This document shows, one piece after another, positions 53,077-62,772 of a stretch of DNA of 64,000 nt. Origin of the DNA: an uncultured Actinomycetota bacterium (GTDB taxonomy: Bacteria; Actinomycetota; Actinomycetes; Propionibacteriales; Propionibacteriaceae); contig CAVPPP010000046.1 in assembly GCA_963707005.1 (NCBI GenBank), forward strand, positions 111,863 to 175,862, given 5' to 3'. A program made the translations under genes and the position numbers. The number at the start of each line of letters is the position of its first letter. Positions within the stretch are counted from its first letter, which is position 1. The notes under the pieces were generated by a model. It saw only the letters and a program-made list of their open reading frames with translations, made no database searches and was not told the DNA's origin.

Positions 53077-55155
53077 TCACCCAGTCTTCCTGTACATCGG
53101 CGGTGCATCCGCGTAGACGCTGCCCTGCTGATGGTTGTAGAGAATGACGAGACGGTCTCTTTGCCTGCGGTGATCCGAGCTGTAATCAGGATCACAGGAG
53201 GCCAGGTTGAAGTCTTGGCGGGCAGCGGTCGGACAGTTCCACGTCACACCTGACGGAAAGAATGCGAGGTAGATAGACGCCGCGACCGGGCACGAGCCGT
53301 CGTCCAGGCAGATTGTGTAGGTGCGTGCACCTGACACGGGCCAATCCGCAGCGGTTTCCCCAGCGTGCGCGTCCGGCCATTTGTCAAGCACGTTGCTGAG
53401 GCTGAAGCAGTTCTTCTCGTCGACTGCCTCGTTGTCAGGTATCGGGGTTCCTTGCGTACACCACATCCCCTGCAGGTCGTCGGCGAATACACTGTCGCGC
53501 CGCATGGCTTCGCCTACGATTCGAGCGGCCTTGCTGTCTGACCAGTCCGTGATCAGGAACTCGGCCAGGCCCGCCAGATATCTCGACGAGCACGCTTGCA
53601 GTGGCTCGACAGCCTTCGCTGCTGCAGCTTTGAAGCCTGAGAGCTGCCAGAGTTCTTTGCTGGTGTCTGCGAACTCGTCCCGCAGGGCGAGGTTGCGGTA
53701 TAGCCGGTCGGAGTCAGTTGCCCGCGACCGACAGGAGGGTTGCCAGTCTCCGAGCCCTTGCGGTCGGCCACGGCCATTGATTGACCACGAGAGGGGCCCG
53801 ACAAGATTGTTTGCGAACTGGTCGGAGGCGTAGAAAGCCAATTCGCCGACCGTCAGGATTTTGAACTTTCGGGAGATTTCGCGGGTAAGCCGGTTGGCTT
53901 GGATCGCGGCTGATCGCGAAAGCCCAGACTTCGCAATCGCACGCCGCGACAGCGTTTCAAATCGAGCGCCGAACTCACTGTCAGGGCGCAGCAACTCGCC
54001 GGCGCATTCCCCAATAGAGTGCACGACCGCGGAGATGAGCTCAGAACCATCGGTGAGGTTAGAACGTTTGAGCAGCGCCTTCCCACCGCACTCGTAGAGG
54101 GCCTGCAACATTGCGTTGACGGCTGGATTCTCCTGACCACCGACGTTCGCCTGCCCGAACCCGTAAGCAACCACGTCGACAAAGAAGCTGACGCCGTCGG
54201 CCTTGGCCTCCGCGGCGATGTGGTAACTGCCAGGGTTGGCCGGCCGTGCAACCCCGACCGCCCCGGTGAACAGTGGTGGCATCAGAAAGTGTTCGTCGTC
54301 GTCGAGAACTAGTCGGGCCGTCGAGTAGACGATGGCTGGAACGTCGAAGCGGTCGTCGCCCGGCCATGTCCAAGCCCAGCTCTGATCTCCGTCGGTCATG
54401 GTGAGTCGCTGCGTGAAGGTCCGGTTGTTGGCGATTCGGACGGTCACCCGTTGGCTTTCGTCTGGCTCGAAGCAGACTCGTATAGCAGCCTCATCGAGGT
54501 CTTCGTCGGGATCGACGACGTGGTCGACCCATGCTGGTAGTGGTCGACCTGAGCAAGTGGGAGCCTTCACACGGCTGCCCACAACCTCACCAACGGTCTG
54601 ACCCAGGTTCGCCAGCCACGTCACGACCGAGAACTTCGACACCTCCGCGGTGAGCGTGGTGCCTTTCCAGTGATGATCGACGGCCTCCAGCGGCTCCCAG
54701 ACATGCTTCTTGTCGTTCCAGTGCACGAGGATCAGCGTGGCGCGCTGAAGGTCGGTGAGCTCAGGAAGCTTCCACGACAAGGAAAGCGGATGGCGTAGTG
54801 GCTGGTTGTGCTCGACGCTCACAGGACGTCCGCCGACCTCGGTGGCAAAAGGGCCGACGACAGTACCGACTGGCTTGCCAATCCTCACTTCGATGCTGGT
54901 GTCCGCCGCGACTGTCTTGCCCGGTACATCGACGGTGACACCAGATTCGACCACTGCCCCGCCAGTGTGGTCAATCCGGTGGCCCTGATCGGGCAGTACA
55001 GGCTCGGGGTCGGCACCCAGCTCGGCAGACTGCGTTGTCGCAGTGGAGGGCGGAGGAGGCACAGGGGTCGGTTGGAGCGTGCAAGCTCCCGCCAGCATCG
55101 CGAGACTGATGGTGACGAAGAGCGCTGATCGGCGGAGCATTGGGCCTCCATACAT
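53077..55155 (-). CDS. large secreted (lipo)protein, function unknown
   Basis: 692 aa. N-terminal signal peptide MLRRSALFVTISLAMLAGAC with a probable lipobox Cys. No recognisable catalytic motif. GC ~60%. Confidence 0.65.
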   Translation of the reverse strand: MYGGPMLRRSALFVTISLAMLAGACTLQPTPVPPPPSTATTQSAELGADPEPVLPDQGHRIDHTGGAVVESGVTVDVPGKTVAADTSIEVRIGKPVGTVVGPFATEVGGRPVSVEHNQPLRHPLSLSWKLPELTDLQRATLILVHWNDKKHVWEPLEAVDHHWKGTTLTAEVSKFSVVTWLANLGQTVGEVVGSRVKAPTCSGRPLPAWVDHVVDPDEDLDEAAIRVCFEPDESQRVTVRIANNRTFTQRLTMTDGDQSWAWTWPGDDRFDVPAIVYSTARLVLDDDEHFLMPPLFTGAVGVARPANPGSYHIAAEAKADGVSFFVDVVAYGFGQANVGGQENPAVNAMLQALYECGGKALLKRSNLTDGSELISAVVHSIGECAGELLRPDSEFGARFETLSRRAIAKSGLSRSAAIQANRLTREISRKFKILTVGELAFYASDQFANNLVGPLSWSINGRGRPQGLGDWQPSCRSRATDSDRLYRNLALRDEFADTSKELWQLSGFKAAAAKAVEPLQACSSRYLAGLAEFLITDWSDSKAARIVGEAMRRDSVFADDLQGMWCTQGTPIPDNEAVDEKNCFSLSNVLDKWPDAHAGETAADWPVSGARTYTICLDDGSCPVAASIYLAFFPSGVTWNCPTAARQDFNLASCDPDYSSDHRRQRDRLVILYNHQQGSVYADAPPMYRKTG

Positions 55156-55214
55156 AGCTGATCAAGATCAGTCCGGCAATTGTGTGCGGGCTGGCGGACG
55201 GTGAAGCGGCAGGC

Positions 55215-57356
55215 TCAGTGATCCATGCAGGTTCTAGCGTCGTCCATGTAGGCGCGCACGACTGGGCGATAGCGCATAAGCAGCCCGTCCTTCGGCCATG
55301 GGTTGATGTTCAGCTCTTCCGGGGAGTCAAGAGACGCCCACGTACGGTTCGACACGGCGCCGATCCCCTTCATCGAATCTCCATCAGCTGTCGCTGCGGT
55401 TCGCCAGACACCTGTGGCGTAGAGGTCTGGCTGTCCGTTGCTCGGTTCAATCTTGTAGGTGACCGCCACGATGTACTGATCGGTGTCGTACATGCCCTCG
55501 CTCGCTGGCATCGGGGCGACTCCGACGTCGACAGATGTGAAGGTTGCCTGCTCGCCGAAACGCTTGGTGTATTCGTTGACCATGTCACCGGTCCAGGACT
55601 CTGGTGCGCCGGGGCCGCTGGTCATCTGGGTGGTGACGTCTTGACCGATCACCAGGCAGCGCTGCGCCCGTTTCAGCGTGGGTGGATAGAGATCAACGTT
55701 TGTCTTGGATGGGTACTCGTACTTTTCGTTACCTGACTTCACCGTGGCATCGACCTGGTTGAAGTAGAGGCCGATTGCCAAGAGCATCGTCATCCCGATC
55801 ACGATCACACCGACGACGCCGCCGATGACGATCGCCAAGACCTTGCCAGTGCCCAGGCCCCTCCGGTCCGCAACGGTAACCGGGGGAATCTCTACGGTGT
55901 CAACAAGCGACTCCACATCGACAGAATTGGAACCGGGACCGGAACTCAGAGCAGCGCTGGAGACGTCTGCTTTGTCCGCGCTGGACTCGTCCGCGCCATC
56001 GCCCGTCGGGGAATTGTCGCCCATGCCGCCAGCGGCATCATCATTCCCGACCTTTCCAACCAGCCGCGAGACGAGGTCTTTGCCGGTCAGCTTCAACACG
56101 GTCCAGTTGATGAAGGCGAACACAAGGCCAATGAGGAACAGCACAGCGATGCCGGCGACACCTACGACGAACCTGAAGGCTCCACGAGGAAGGTTGTCCA
56201 AGAACTGCTCGGCGGCGTTCCAGGCTGTGCTGAACCAACTTGGACCCCCTCCACTGCGGTACTCCTGCTCGGCGGGGTACTGGCCTGACGGGTTCTGCGC
56301 TTCCCGAGTCCGGTCGCCGACCGTCGGTTCGCCTGACGAGTTTGGCGCTGCGCCGGCGCCAGTCTGCTCGTCTTGGTCGTCATTGTGGGAGCTGCTGCTC
56401 GCCTCATCGCTGGGCGCAGAACTCTGCTCGGACTGTGATGAATTGGATGATCCTGATGGGCCTCCTAGCTCGCGCAGAAACACTCGTAGCGTTGAAGTCT
56501 CTGTCACGTGGATAGATCGGGCATCGCTTGCCGACTCCGCCAGGATCCCGACCAATTCATCGTCGGCATTCATTACGGGTCCGCCAACTGCCGTGTGGGG
56601 GAGGGCACTGGACCCGATCATGTCAACGAGCCGCGTGCCCATCCCAACGTTCTCGCCGAGCGTGCCCGTCTTGCTCTTGCGGACTTCCTTGCCACCGCTG
56701 TACTCACCGTAGAAGTACGCCTTTACCGCGGCGCCGGTCTGAGCATCGGTATCAGAGATTGTGAGATACGGAGCCTTCACACCCTCGACGCGCAGTACGG
56801 CTATGTGACTGTCTCGCGCCTTCTCGTACGCAGACGTCAAGGCAGAACCGCGTGCAGCGAGATCTGGAGTCTCGATAGTGACCGAGCTATAGGGGATGCC
56901 CACCGGATACTGGTTGCTGCCAATCAGGACTCCCGGAGACGAGGCACCACCAGACACCGTCGCATCAGCAAGCCTGCGGTCCTGGTGAGCGAAGTCTTTG
57001 CCCACCGAGCTGTAATCCGAAATCTGATCGGCAAAGTCCTTCTCCAGCGCCTCCCTGACCAACCAGGACTTGGGGTCGAAGCAGGTAGACGAGCTCACTA
57101 TGGTCCCCGTGTCGACAAAGGTGCCCGTGCACCGCACGGTGGCGGTCAACGTCCCCTCAACGGCAGGATCGTTGCTGGCCTTCGCCGGCCAGGTCCCAGA
57201 CTGCTGCCAAGTCACCTCCACGAACGTCGTGGCCTTCTTCAAGGTCACGGCTGCCTTCGCGGACGGTGCTGCGGTGACTGCGCAGGCCGGGGCCAGCATG
57301 AGCGCGATCAAAGCAAGCAGAGCGCGCTTCATCGCCAGGGTGACGGTGGTGGGCAT
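55215..57356 (-). CDS. signal-peptide S1 (streptogrisin-like) pseudoprotease domain, two TM helices and a C-terminal extracytoplasmic domain
   Basis: Signal peptide MKRALLALIALMLAPACAVTAAPSAKA. The following domain aligns to the chymotrypsin/alpha-lytic fold (CTGTFVDTGTIVSSSTCF ... DSHIAVLRV ... ALPHTAVGGPV...LVGILAES), with the catalytic His and Ser positions substituted. A Ser-rich linker, TM1, a Gly/Asp-rich loop, TM2 and a ~190-aa C-terminal domain follow. Confidence 0.6.
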   Translation of the reverse strand: MPTTVTLAMKRALLALIALMLAPACAVTAAPSAKAAVTLKKATTFVEVTWQQSGTWPAKASNDPAVEGTLTATVRCTGTFVDTGTIVSSSTCFDPKSWLVREALEKDFADQISDYSSVGKDFAHQDRRLADATVSGGASSPGVLIGSNQYPVGIPYSSVTIETPDLAARGSALTSAYEKARDSHIAVLRVEGVKAPYLTISDTDAQTGAAVKAYFYGEYSGGKEVRKSKTGTLGENVGMGTRLVDMIGSSALPHTAVGGPVMNADDELVGILAESASDARSIHVTETSTLRVFLRELGGPSGSSNSSQSEQSSAPSDEASSSSHNDDQDEQTGAGAAPNSSGEPTVGDRTREAQNPSGQYPAEQEYRSGGGPSWFSTAWNAAEQFLDNLPRGAFRFVVGVAGIAVLFLIGLVFAFINWTVLKLTGKDLVSRLVGKVGNDDAAGGMGDNSPTGDGADESSADKADVSSAALSSGPGSNSVDVESLVDTVEIPPVTVADRRGLGTGKVLAIVIGGVVGVIVIGMTMLLAIGLYFNQVDATVKSGNEKYEYPSKTNVDLYPPTLKRAQRCLVIGQDVTTQMTSGPGAPESWTGDMVNEYTKRFGEQATFTSVDVGVAPMPASEGMYDTDQYIVAVTYKIEPSNGQPDLYATGVWRTAATADGDSMKGIGAVSNRTWASLDSPEELNINPWPKDGLLMRYRPVVRAYMDDARTCMDH

Positions 57357-58236
57357 TGCCGGAAATCCTTACGTGAAGAGACTATGGAAAGTTCGGGGGT
57401 GATGGCGGTGGTGCCAGCCATACCGGAGCCAGACGCTAGGTGTTCATCGCACGTACGGGCCCCGGTAGCTACTCCACGATGCCCAACAGCGTGCCGTGAA
57501 AATGGCGCCCTTATTACTGGCGCCAACTTGCTTGCTGGTGAGGTTGGCGTCGCTCATGCGCTGCGTTGCGTACCTGGTAGACACCTTGGTGTCCGCCTGC
57601 GCTCTATCAGCAGTCGCTGCCGCCAGGCTCCCGACCGCAAACGCCGAAGCGCCAGTCCACACAATCGCCTCGCTCGCATATGGTCCCCGAATGTCACGAC
57701 GGAGCCCCCGTTTCGCCTGATGACGTCGGAGCGTAGCGAAGATCAGCCGACGCAGTGGACACTTCACACACTTCAGTGCAGCATTCGGAATATTTCGCGC
57801 TCCTCTGCCGCGTGTCGCACAAGTCGTCCGGGTCGCGGGCCGGTCGACACACTGGTCGTGCCCAAACCGCGTGTGGTCAGGGTGGTTGCCATATGACAGT
57901 CCCGACATAATGCCCGGTGAGGGGACGTCGTGCGGAGACGTCGGCAGGGAGACGTGGCGGAAGGCGGCGCCGCACGATCGAGATGCGTCGCTGGCGAGTG
58001 CCGACGCGAGGGCGATCGTCGGGACCTGTACGACAAGTGCCTGTCATTAGGGCGGCCTATCGGACGGCGCTAGGAACTCAGCTCCTAGGGATGATGCTTT
58101 TGCCAAAAGGCGTCTATGAGGTCCGTGCCGAGCGGAGGTGAGATTTCGACAGACAATGCGCATCACCAGATTCCGAGTACGGCCCAGGCGATGAGGCTGT
58201 CGAGCCTTCGGACGTCGCGACACCATTAAGCACCGC

Positions 58237-58623
58237 TCAGCCGATGCAGTGCCCTCCGACCGGTGACCACATGACGCCGTCCGAGGTGTAGGGAGCCGGA
58301 GTGGACAGCCAGTGATCGGAGACGTACCACTGGCCGCGGGCCTCCAGCACCTTCCACCAGATGGTGTTGCCGTTCGATCCCACGCCCGGACCTCGCACCC
58401 AGCACGACACGGGCACCTCCACTCCTTCGCGGGCGCCGAAGCCGGTGACGGAGGCGCCCGGCGAGTTCCGCCAGCCGACACCCATGCCGCTGGTGCGTTC
58501 CACAGTCGGGGTGCAGTCCCAGGTCGGGCACTGCGGATCGGCGTGAGCTGCCTTGGTCGGGCCGGCGAGGACGGCGGTGACGGCCAGCGCGGACGCTGCC
58601 CACGCGATGATCTTGTTGCTCAT
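58237..58623 (-). CDS. secreted SH3b-like small protein
   Basis: AAGGAG RBS. Signal peptide MSNKIIAWAASALAVTAVLAGPTKAAHA. Mature ~100 aa with four Cys and an SH3_3-like pattern (VEVPVSCWVRGPGVGSNGNTIWWKVLEARGQWYVSDHWL). Confidence 0.55.
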   Translation of the reverse strand: MSNKIIAWAASALAVTAVLAGPTKAAHADPQCPTWDCTPTVERTSGMGVGWRNSPGASVTGFGAREGVEVPVSCWVRGPGVGSNGNTIWWKVLEARGQWYVSDHWLSTPAPYTSDGVMWSPVGGHCIG

Positions 58624-58800
58624 GGCGAACTCCTTCAGATGGTGAGCGGACAAAGACATACTGGAGAAGTCGCCGCTCCCGAGCCAAGCGTTCTTTGTCC
58701 GTCCGATGACCGGTGACGCGTCCGGTTGATCGGACGGACACCCTTGAACCCTTGAGGACTAGACGGCTCCGCTCGCCCTGCCCGACCCGCTTGCTGGCGC

Positions 58801-59589
58801 TCAGCAGCTCATCAGAGCGGTGCGCCCCGGGCCGGGCGCGTAGGCCTTCGACAGGTTCGTGTAGAGGTCCGGGACCCAGGTCCCGTCGTCGAGCCGGTTC
58901 CAGACGGGCCAAGTCAGCTGCTCACCGTCGACGACGTCGGTGAGCCGCTCGCCGGCGCCGTCCTGACAGACCACCCGAATCGTGGCTCCCTCGGACAGGG
59001 CGGCCACCTTGCCGCTCTTCCGGTTCGGTCCGGCGTAGGTGCTGACGCCCAGTCCGGCGGTGTTCGCAACGGTCGAATCCGTGGTCGACGGAAGCGTCGC
59101 CGGAGTCGCTGGGAACGCCGACCAGCGACCCACCAGGACGCCCGCAGCAAAGAGCAGGACGGCTGCGACTATCCCGACGAAGGCACGTCGCCGCCGGTGT
59201 GCGGGTCGCCGTTGCGGGGTCGGCTGCGTCAGCCCGACCGGAGTGTCGAGCTGGGGGAGCGCTTCGGCGCTCGAGCTGATGAGTGGGTCCAGCGGCTCCG
59301 CTGCAGAAGACGTCGCCGGGTTGCTCAGGCGCTCTCTGCGACGGGTCCACTCCTCGATCTCGGGCGGTTGCGCGTCGGCCACCGTCAGCAGATCCTGCAG
59401 CTGGTCGGCCGATGGCAGCCGCCTGCCGGTGGTGATGTCATGAACGGTGGTTCTGCCCCAGCCCGAGCGGCGGGCGAGCTCGCGTACCGACAGCGCCGAC
59501 AGGCGTTCCCGCAGGTCGGCTGCGAACTGCTCACTTGGCTCAGCTGGCGGCTTCTCGGCTTCCGGTTCCGGGGACGTCTCGATGGTCAC
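58801..59589 (-). CDS. membrane-tethered XRE-type HTH regulator with extracytoplasmic SH3b-like domain (RodZ-like topology)
   Basis: HTH LSVRELARRSGWGRTTVHDITTGRRLPSADQLQDLL, a single TM AFVGIVAAVLLFAAGVLVG, and a C-terminal SH3b-like region (GATIRVVCQDGAGERLTDVVDGEQLTWPVWNRLDDGTWVPDLYTN). GTG start at 59589 assumed. Confidence 0.55.
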   Translation of the reverse strand: MTIETSPEPEAEKPPAEPSEQFAADLRERLSALSVRELARRSGWGRTTVHDITTGRRLPSADQLQDLLTVADAQPPEIEEWTRRRERLSNPATSSAAEPLDPLISSSAEALPQLDTPVGLTQPTPQRRPAHRRRRAFVGIVAAVLLFAAGVLVGRWSAFPATPATLPSTTDSTVANTAGLGVSTYAGPNRKSGKVAALSEGATIRVVCQDGAGERLTDVVDGEQLTWPVWNRLDDGTWVPDLYTNLSKAYAPGPGRTALMSC

Positions 59590-60234
59590 GGGCGTGCCTT
59601 TCCGACACACTCGCCCCGACCTCCGCCTCCGCTCGGTCCGACCCGAGACAGCGGGCGCCAGATCGGTTAGGCTCGTAGAGTTCCGGCAAGAACCTCGACG
59701 ACCCCGTGCCAAGTGCCGACCTCCCGGTTAGCGCTCGCTACACGGGGTCGACGTGCGTCTGAGTCCTGATCTTAGTGCCGGGGGCGGATTCCGTATCGAC
59801 CTACAGTTGACAGGTTTCGGACATGTCCAGAACCGGACAATTCACCTCTGGAGCGATCGCGCCTGGATGGTGCGTTCGCCGCCATTCCCGATGCGCCAGT
59901 GCGCCCTAGGCGAGTCCGCGCTCGCGCTTCTCGGGGGCATAGGTCCGGACCGGCGGCCGGCAAACAGCGGCTCGCCGAGCACGCGGTACTTGAGCTCGAC
60001 GCCGCGCCAGCAGTGCGTCGACGCCGACCACTCCGTTTCCGTCAGGGCGCGCGGTCACAGATCTCCGGTCTGTCACGCGTGGACCCGGAACTTCACCGTC
60101 CGGACGCGTCCGGACGGACAGTTCCGTCAGTTCCGGACACCGCACTACCCGCTGCAGGGTGACATCACGACCTGCCGTCAGGCAGCGACCCCGAGCCAGG
60201 TTGGCTCGCGGAAGTCCATGAAAGGACGGCTCTG

Positions 60235-60795
60235 ATGCCGATCTCACCTCAGCTCTCCTCAACCGCCACACTCCAGCGCGGAGGTCTAGACGACGCCTCG
60301 CGCCCCCGTGGCCAGGCGACCCGCCTGTGGCTGGCCCGAGTGGTCGTCCTGGTCACCGCGGTCGCATTGTTCGTGTGCGTGGGCTCGATGCGGCCCACGC
60401 AGGCGGCCGCCGCCCCGGTCAAGCCGCTGACACAGGCCCAGTTGCACCAGCTGGCGGTCACCGAGTACCGGAAGCTCACCCCGACTCAGAAGCAGGCGGT
60501 GACCCAGCTCGCGCGCCGGATCGCGAACGGGAAGGTGCCGGCCAGCGTCGCGCGCACCTTCCCAGAGCACACCAGCTCCAGCAACCAGAGCTCGGTGAGC
60601 ACCATGGCCGTCCCTGCCGCCGTATGGGCGATCGCCGTCCTCATCTTGCGCTACGGGGTTCCGTGGGTGATCCGGAACGCACCTCAGCAGTTCAACAACA
60701 TGATGCGGAACTACGCCATCCGATGGGCCGTCTGCAACCTCCTTCGCTCCTGGGGGAACTCCTGGGGATGGAGCTGGGTCTGTGCCGGGACCTGA
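60235..60795 (+). CDS. hypothetical secreted/membrane Trp-rich protein
   Basis: 186 aa. Signal-anchor VVVLVTAVALFVCVGSM, a second helix, and a C-terminal WGNSWGWSWVC. Confidence 0.4.
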   Translation: MPISPQLSSTATLQRGGLDDASRPRGQATRLWLARVVVLVTAVALFVCVGSMRPTQAAAAPVKPLTQAQLHQLAVTEYRKLTPTQKQAVTQLARRIANGKVPASVARTFPEHTSSSNQSSVSTMAVPAAVWAIAVLILRYGVPWVIRNAPQQFNNMMRNYAIRWAVCNLLRSWGNSWGWSWVCAGT

Positions 60796-60927
60796 GACTG
60801 CCTTGTGAACAACCAGCAATGCGTCGACAACAGTCGGGCACCTGGCGGCAGGTTCGGATGCTCGGACATACGGCGGCTTATCGGCTTTGGAGAGAAAGGG
60901 CCCGCGGGACCATTGCTCCTGTTGTGG

Positions 60928-61584
60928 TCAAGGCTGGTTGGCGTCGTGGACCAAGATCGCGATCTGTACGCGGTTGGCGACATTGAGCTTGTTGAGCAGG
61001 CGTGACACGTGGGCTTTCACGGTTGCCTCGCTCAGGAACAGGGCGGCAGCCACTTCCGCGTTGGAGGCCCCGGACGCGACTGCGGTGGCGACCTCACGTT
61101 CGCGGTCGGTGAGGGCGGCAAGTCGGTCGGCCGCGGCCCTCTGTCGTTCTGAGGCTTCGATGTTGCCCAAGTGGGACAGCAGGGTACGGGTGACCGATGG
61201 GGAGATGATCGCGTCGCCGGTGGCGACGACACGGACCGCGTTGATGATCTCGGCGGGTGGCGTGTCCTTGACCAGGAAGCCGCTGGCACCGGCTCTCAGG
61301 GCATTCATCACCATGTCGTCGGCCTGGAAGGTCGTGAGGACGATGACGTGCGGCGGTCGGTCGAGCCGTCGCAGCGCGGCGGTGGCGGTGATGCCGTCCA
61401 TCTCGGCCATCCTGATGTCCATCAACACGACGTCGGGTCGGTGTTGGCGGACGGCCGCGACTGCGCGGGTTCCGTCGTCGGTTTCGCCCACCACGTCGAT
61501 GTCGTCGGCGGAGGACAGGATGATCCTCAGACCTGCTCGGACGAGGGCGTCGTCGTCGACCAGCAGGACTCTCACCGTCACCAT
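60928..61584 (-). CDS. NarL/LuxR-family response regulator
   Basis: Receiver (VLLVDDDALVRAGLR...DVVLMDIRMAEMDG) plus LuxR HTH (LTDREREVATAVASGASNAEVAAALFLSEATVKAHVSRLLNKL). The ATG overlaps the kinase stop. Confidence 0.85.
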   Translation of the reverse strand: MVTVRVLLVDDDALVRAGLRIILSSADDIDVVGETDDGTRAVAAVRQHRPDVVLMDIRMAEMDGITATAALRRLDRPPHVIVLTTFQADDMVMNALRAGASGFLVKDTPPAEIINAVRVVATGDAIISPSVTRTLLSHLGNIEASERQRAAADRLAALTDREREVATAVASGASNAEVAAALFLSEATVKAHVSRLLNKLNVANRVQIAILVHDANQP

Positions 61585-62772
61585 GGCAGGTCGGCCTGCA
61601 CCACGAAGTCGCCCGTCCGTCGGGACCGTGCACGAGGGTGCCGCCGGCGAGGTCGACGCGTTCTCGGAGGCCGAGCAAGCCGGCGCCGGACCCTGGCAGG
61701 GCCGGCCCGGACTGGGCGCGCGCCGGGTGTGTGTTGCGGACGTTGATGTGGAGGCCGTGGCCGGGGGCGCCGGTGAGGCCGACGTGCGCCTGCGAGCCGC
61801 TGGCGTGTTTGCCGATGTTGGTGAGAGCCTCTTGCACGATCCGGTACGTGTCGCGGGCGAGTGCGCCGGGGACGTCGTCGGCGTGGTCCACCCGCAGGTC
61901 CAGGCTGATCTGCGCACCTGCCCGGCGGGTGTCGTCCACGAGCCGGGGGATGTCTGCCAGGGTCGGCTGTGGCACTGGCGGCATCACGTCTGCCGTCACG
62001 TGCGACGCTCGCGTAGCACCCCGATCACCGTCCGCAGCTCCTCGAGGGCCTGACGTGCGGTCAGACGCATCAGTTCGGCGGTCGCTCGCACCTCCGCCGA
62101 GGGCAGGTCAGGTCGGACCTCCAAGGCTCCAGCGTGCAACGCCAGCAGCGAGATCCGGTGCCCGAGCACGTCGTGCATCTCCCGGGCGATCCGGGTTCGC
62201 TCGGCCATCCGTGCGCGGTCCTCGTGCTGGCGCTGATCGGCTTCGGCCCGTTGCGCGCGGTCGCGGAGGCTGTGCAGCAGCTGCCGGCGAGCGCGGATGA
62301 ACATCCCCCATGCGGTGACAGCGAGCACGATCGGGACGACTCGGACAAGCACGGCCAGCGGATCGGTGGTCGGGCTGTAGAGCGCGAACACCAGGACCGA
62401 CGGCACCCACAGTCCAGCGACCAGCAAGGCCCGCCGGGCCGGAGCGTGCACGGCGAGCGAGAACTGGGCGAGCAGCCCGGCAGGAGTGGCCGAAATCGAC
62501 AGGGTCCCCAGCAACAGGCAGCAGAGTGCAACGCCGACCGGCCAGCGGCGTCGCCACCACAGCGAGACAACGGCTAGCACCCCGCAGGTCACGTCGATCG
62601 CAAGCTGCGCGCTCGCCAGCCCGGCGCCGCTGCGCAACGTCGGGCTGATGAACAGGGCCCCGAGGGCGGCAGCCACGACGCATCCGGCGGCGTCGACCGC
62701 GCGGTCGCGTCGAGATGGCGCGGTCGAGCCCGTGGCGAGATCTTCCGAATCCAGGAGCGCCGCCGCCCTCAC
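61578..62772 (-). pseudogene. NarL-type (HisKA_3) membrane sensor histidine kinase, two -1 frameshifts
   Basis: Four N-terminal TM helices and an H-box MAERTRIAREMHDVLGHRISLL. Frame break at ~62000 (...VLRERRT / TADVMPPVPQPTLADIPRLV). ATPase domain DTYRIVQEALTNIGKHA...GAGLLGLRERVDLAGGTLVHGPDG. Second break ~61600 in a G-run, after which GDFVVQADLPW* is read in another frame. Confidence 0.7.

Noticed and set aside
57444-57908. Overlapping small ORFs on both strands in the 880-bp gap between the pseudoprotease gene and the SH3b gene; a signal-peptide-like stretch appears on each strand
   Set aside because: Neither has a convincing start/RBS or a positively charged n-region. The region may instead hold promoters for the island operon. 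A CTAGGAactcagcTCCTAG inverted repeat (58070-58088) and a CACTTCA direct repeat are present.
60928-62772. Whether the NarL-type two-component pair is a DosR/DosS orthologue
   Set aside because: The kinase has four N-terminal TM helices and a HisKA_3 core (DesK/LiaS-like architecture) rather than the cytoplasmic tandem-GAF layout of DosS/DosT. The response regulator is a generic NarL family member.
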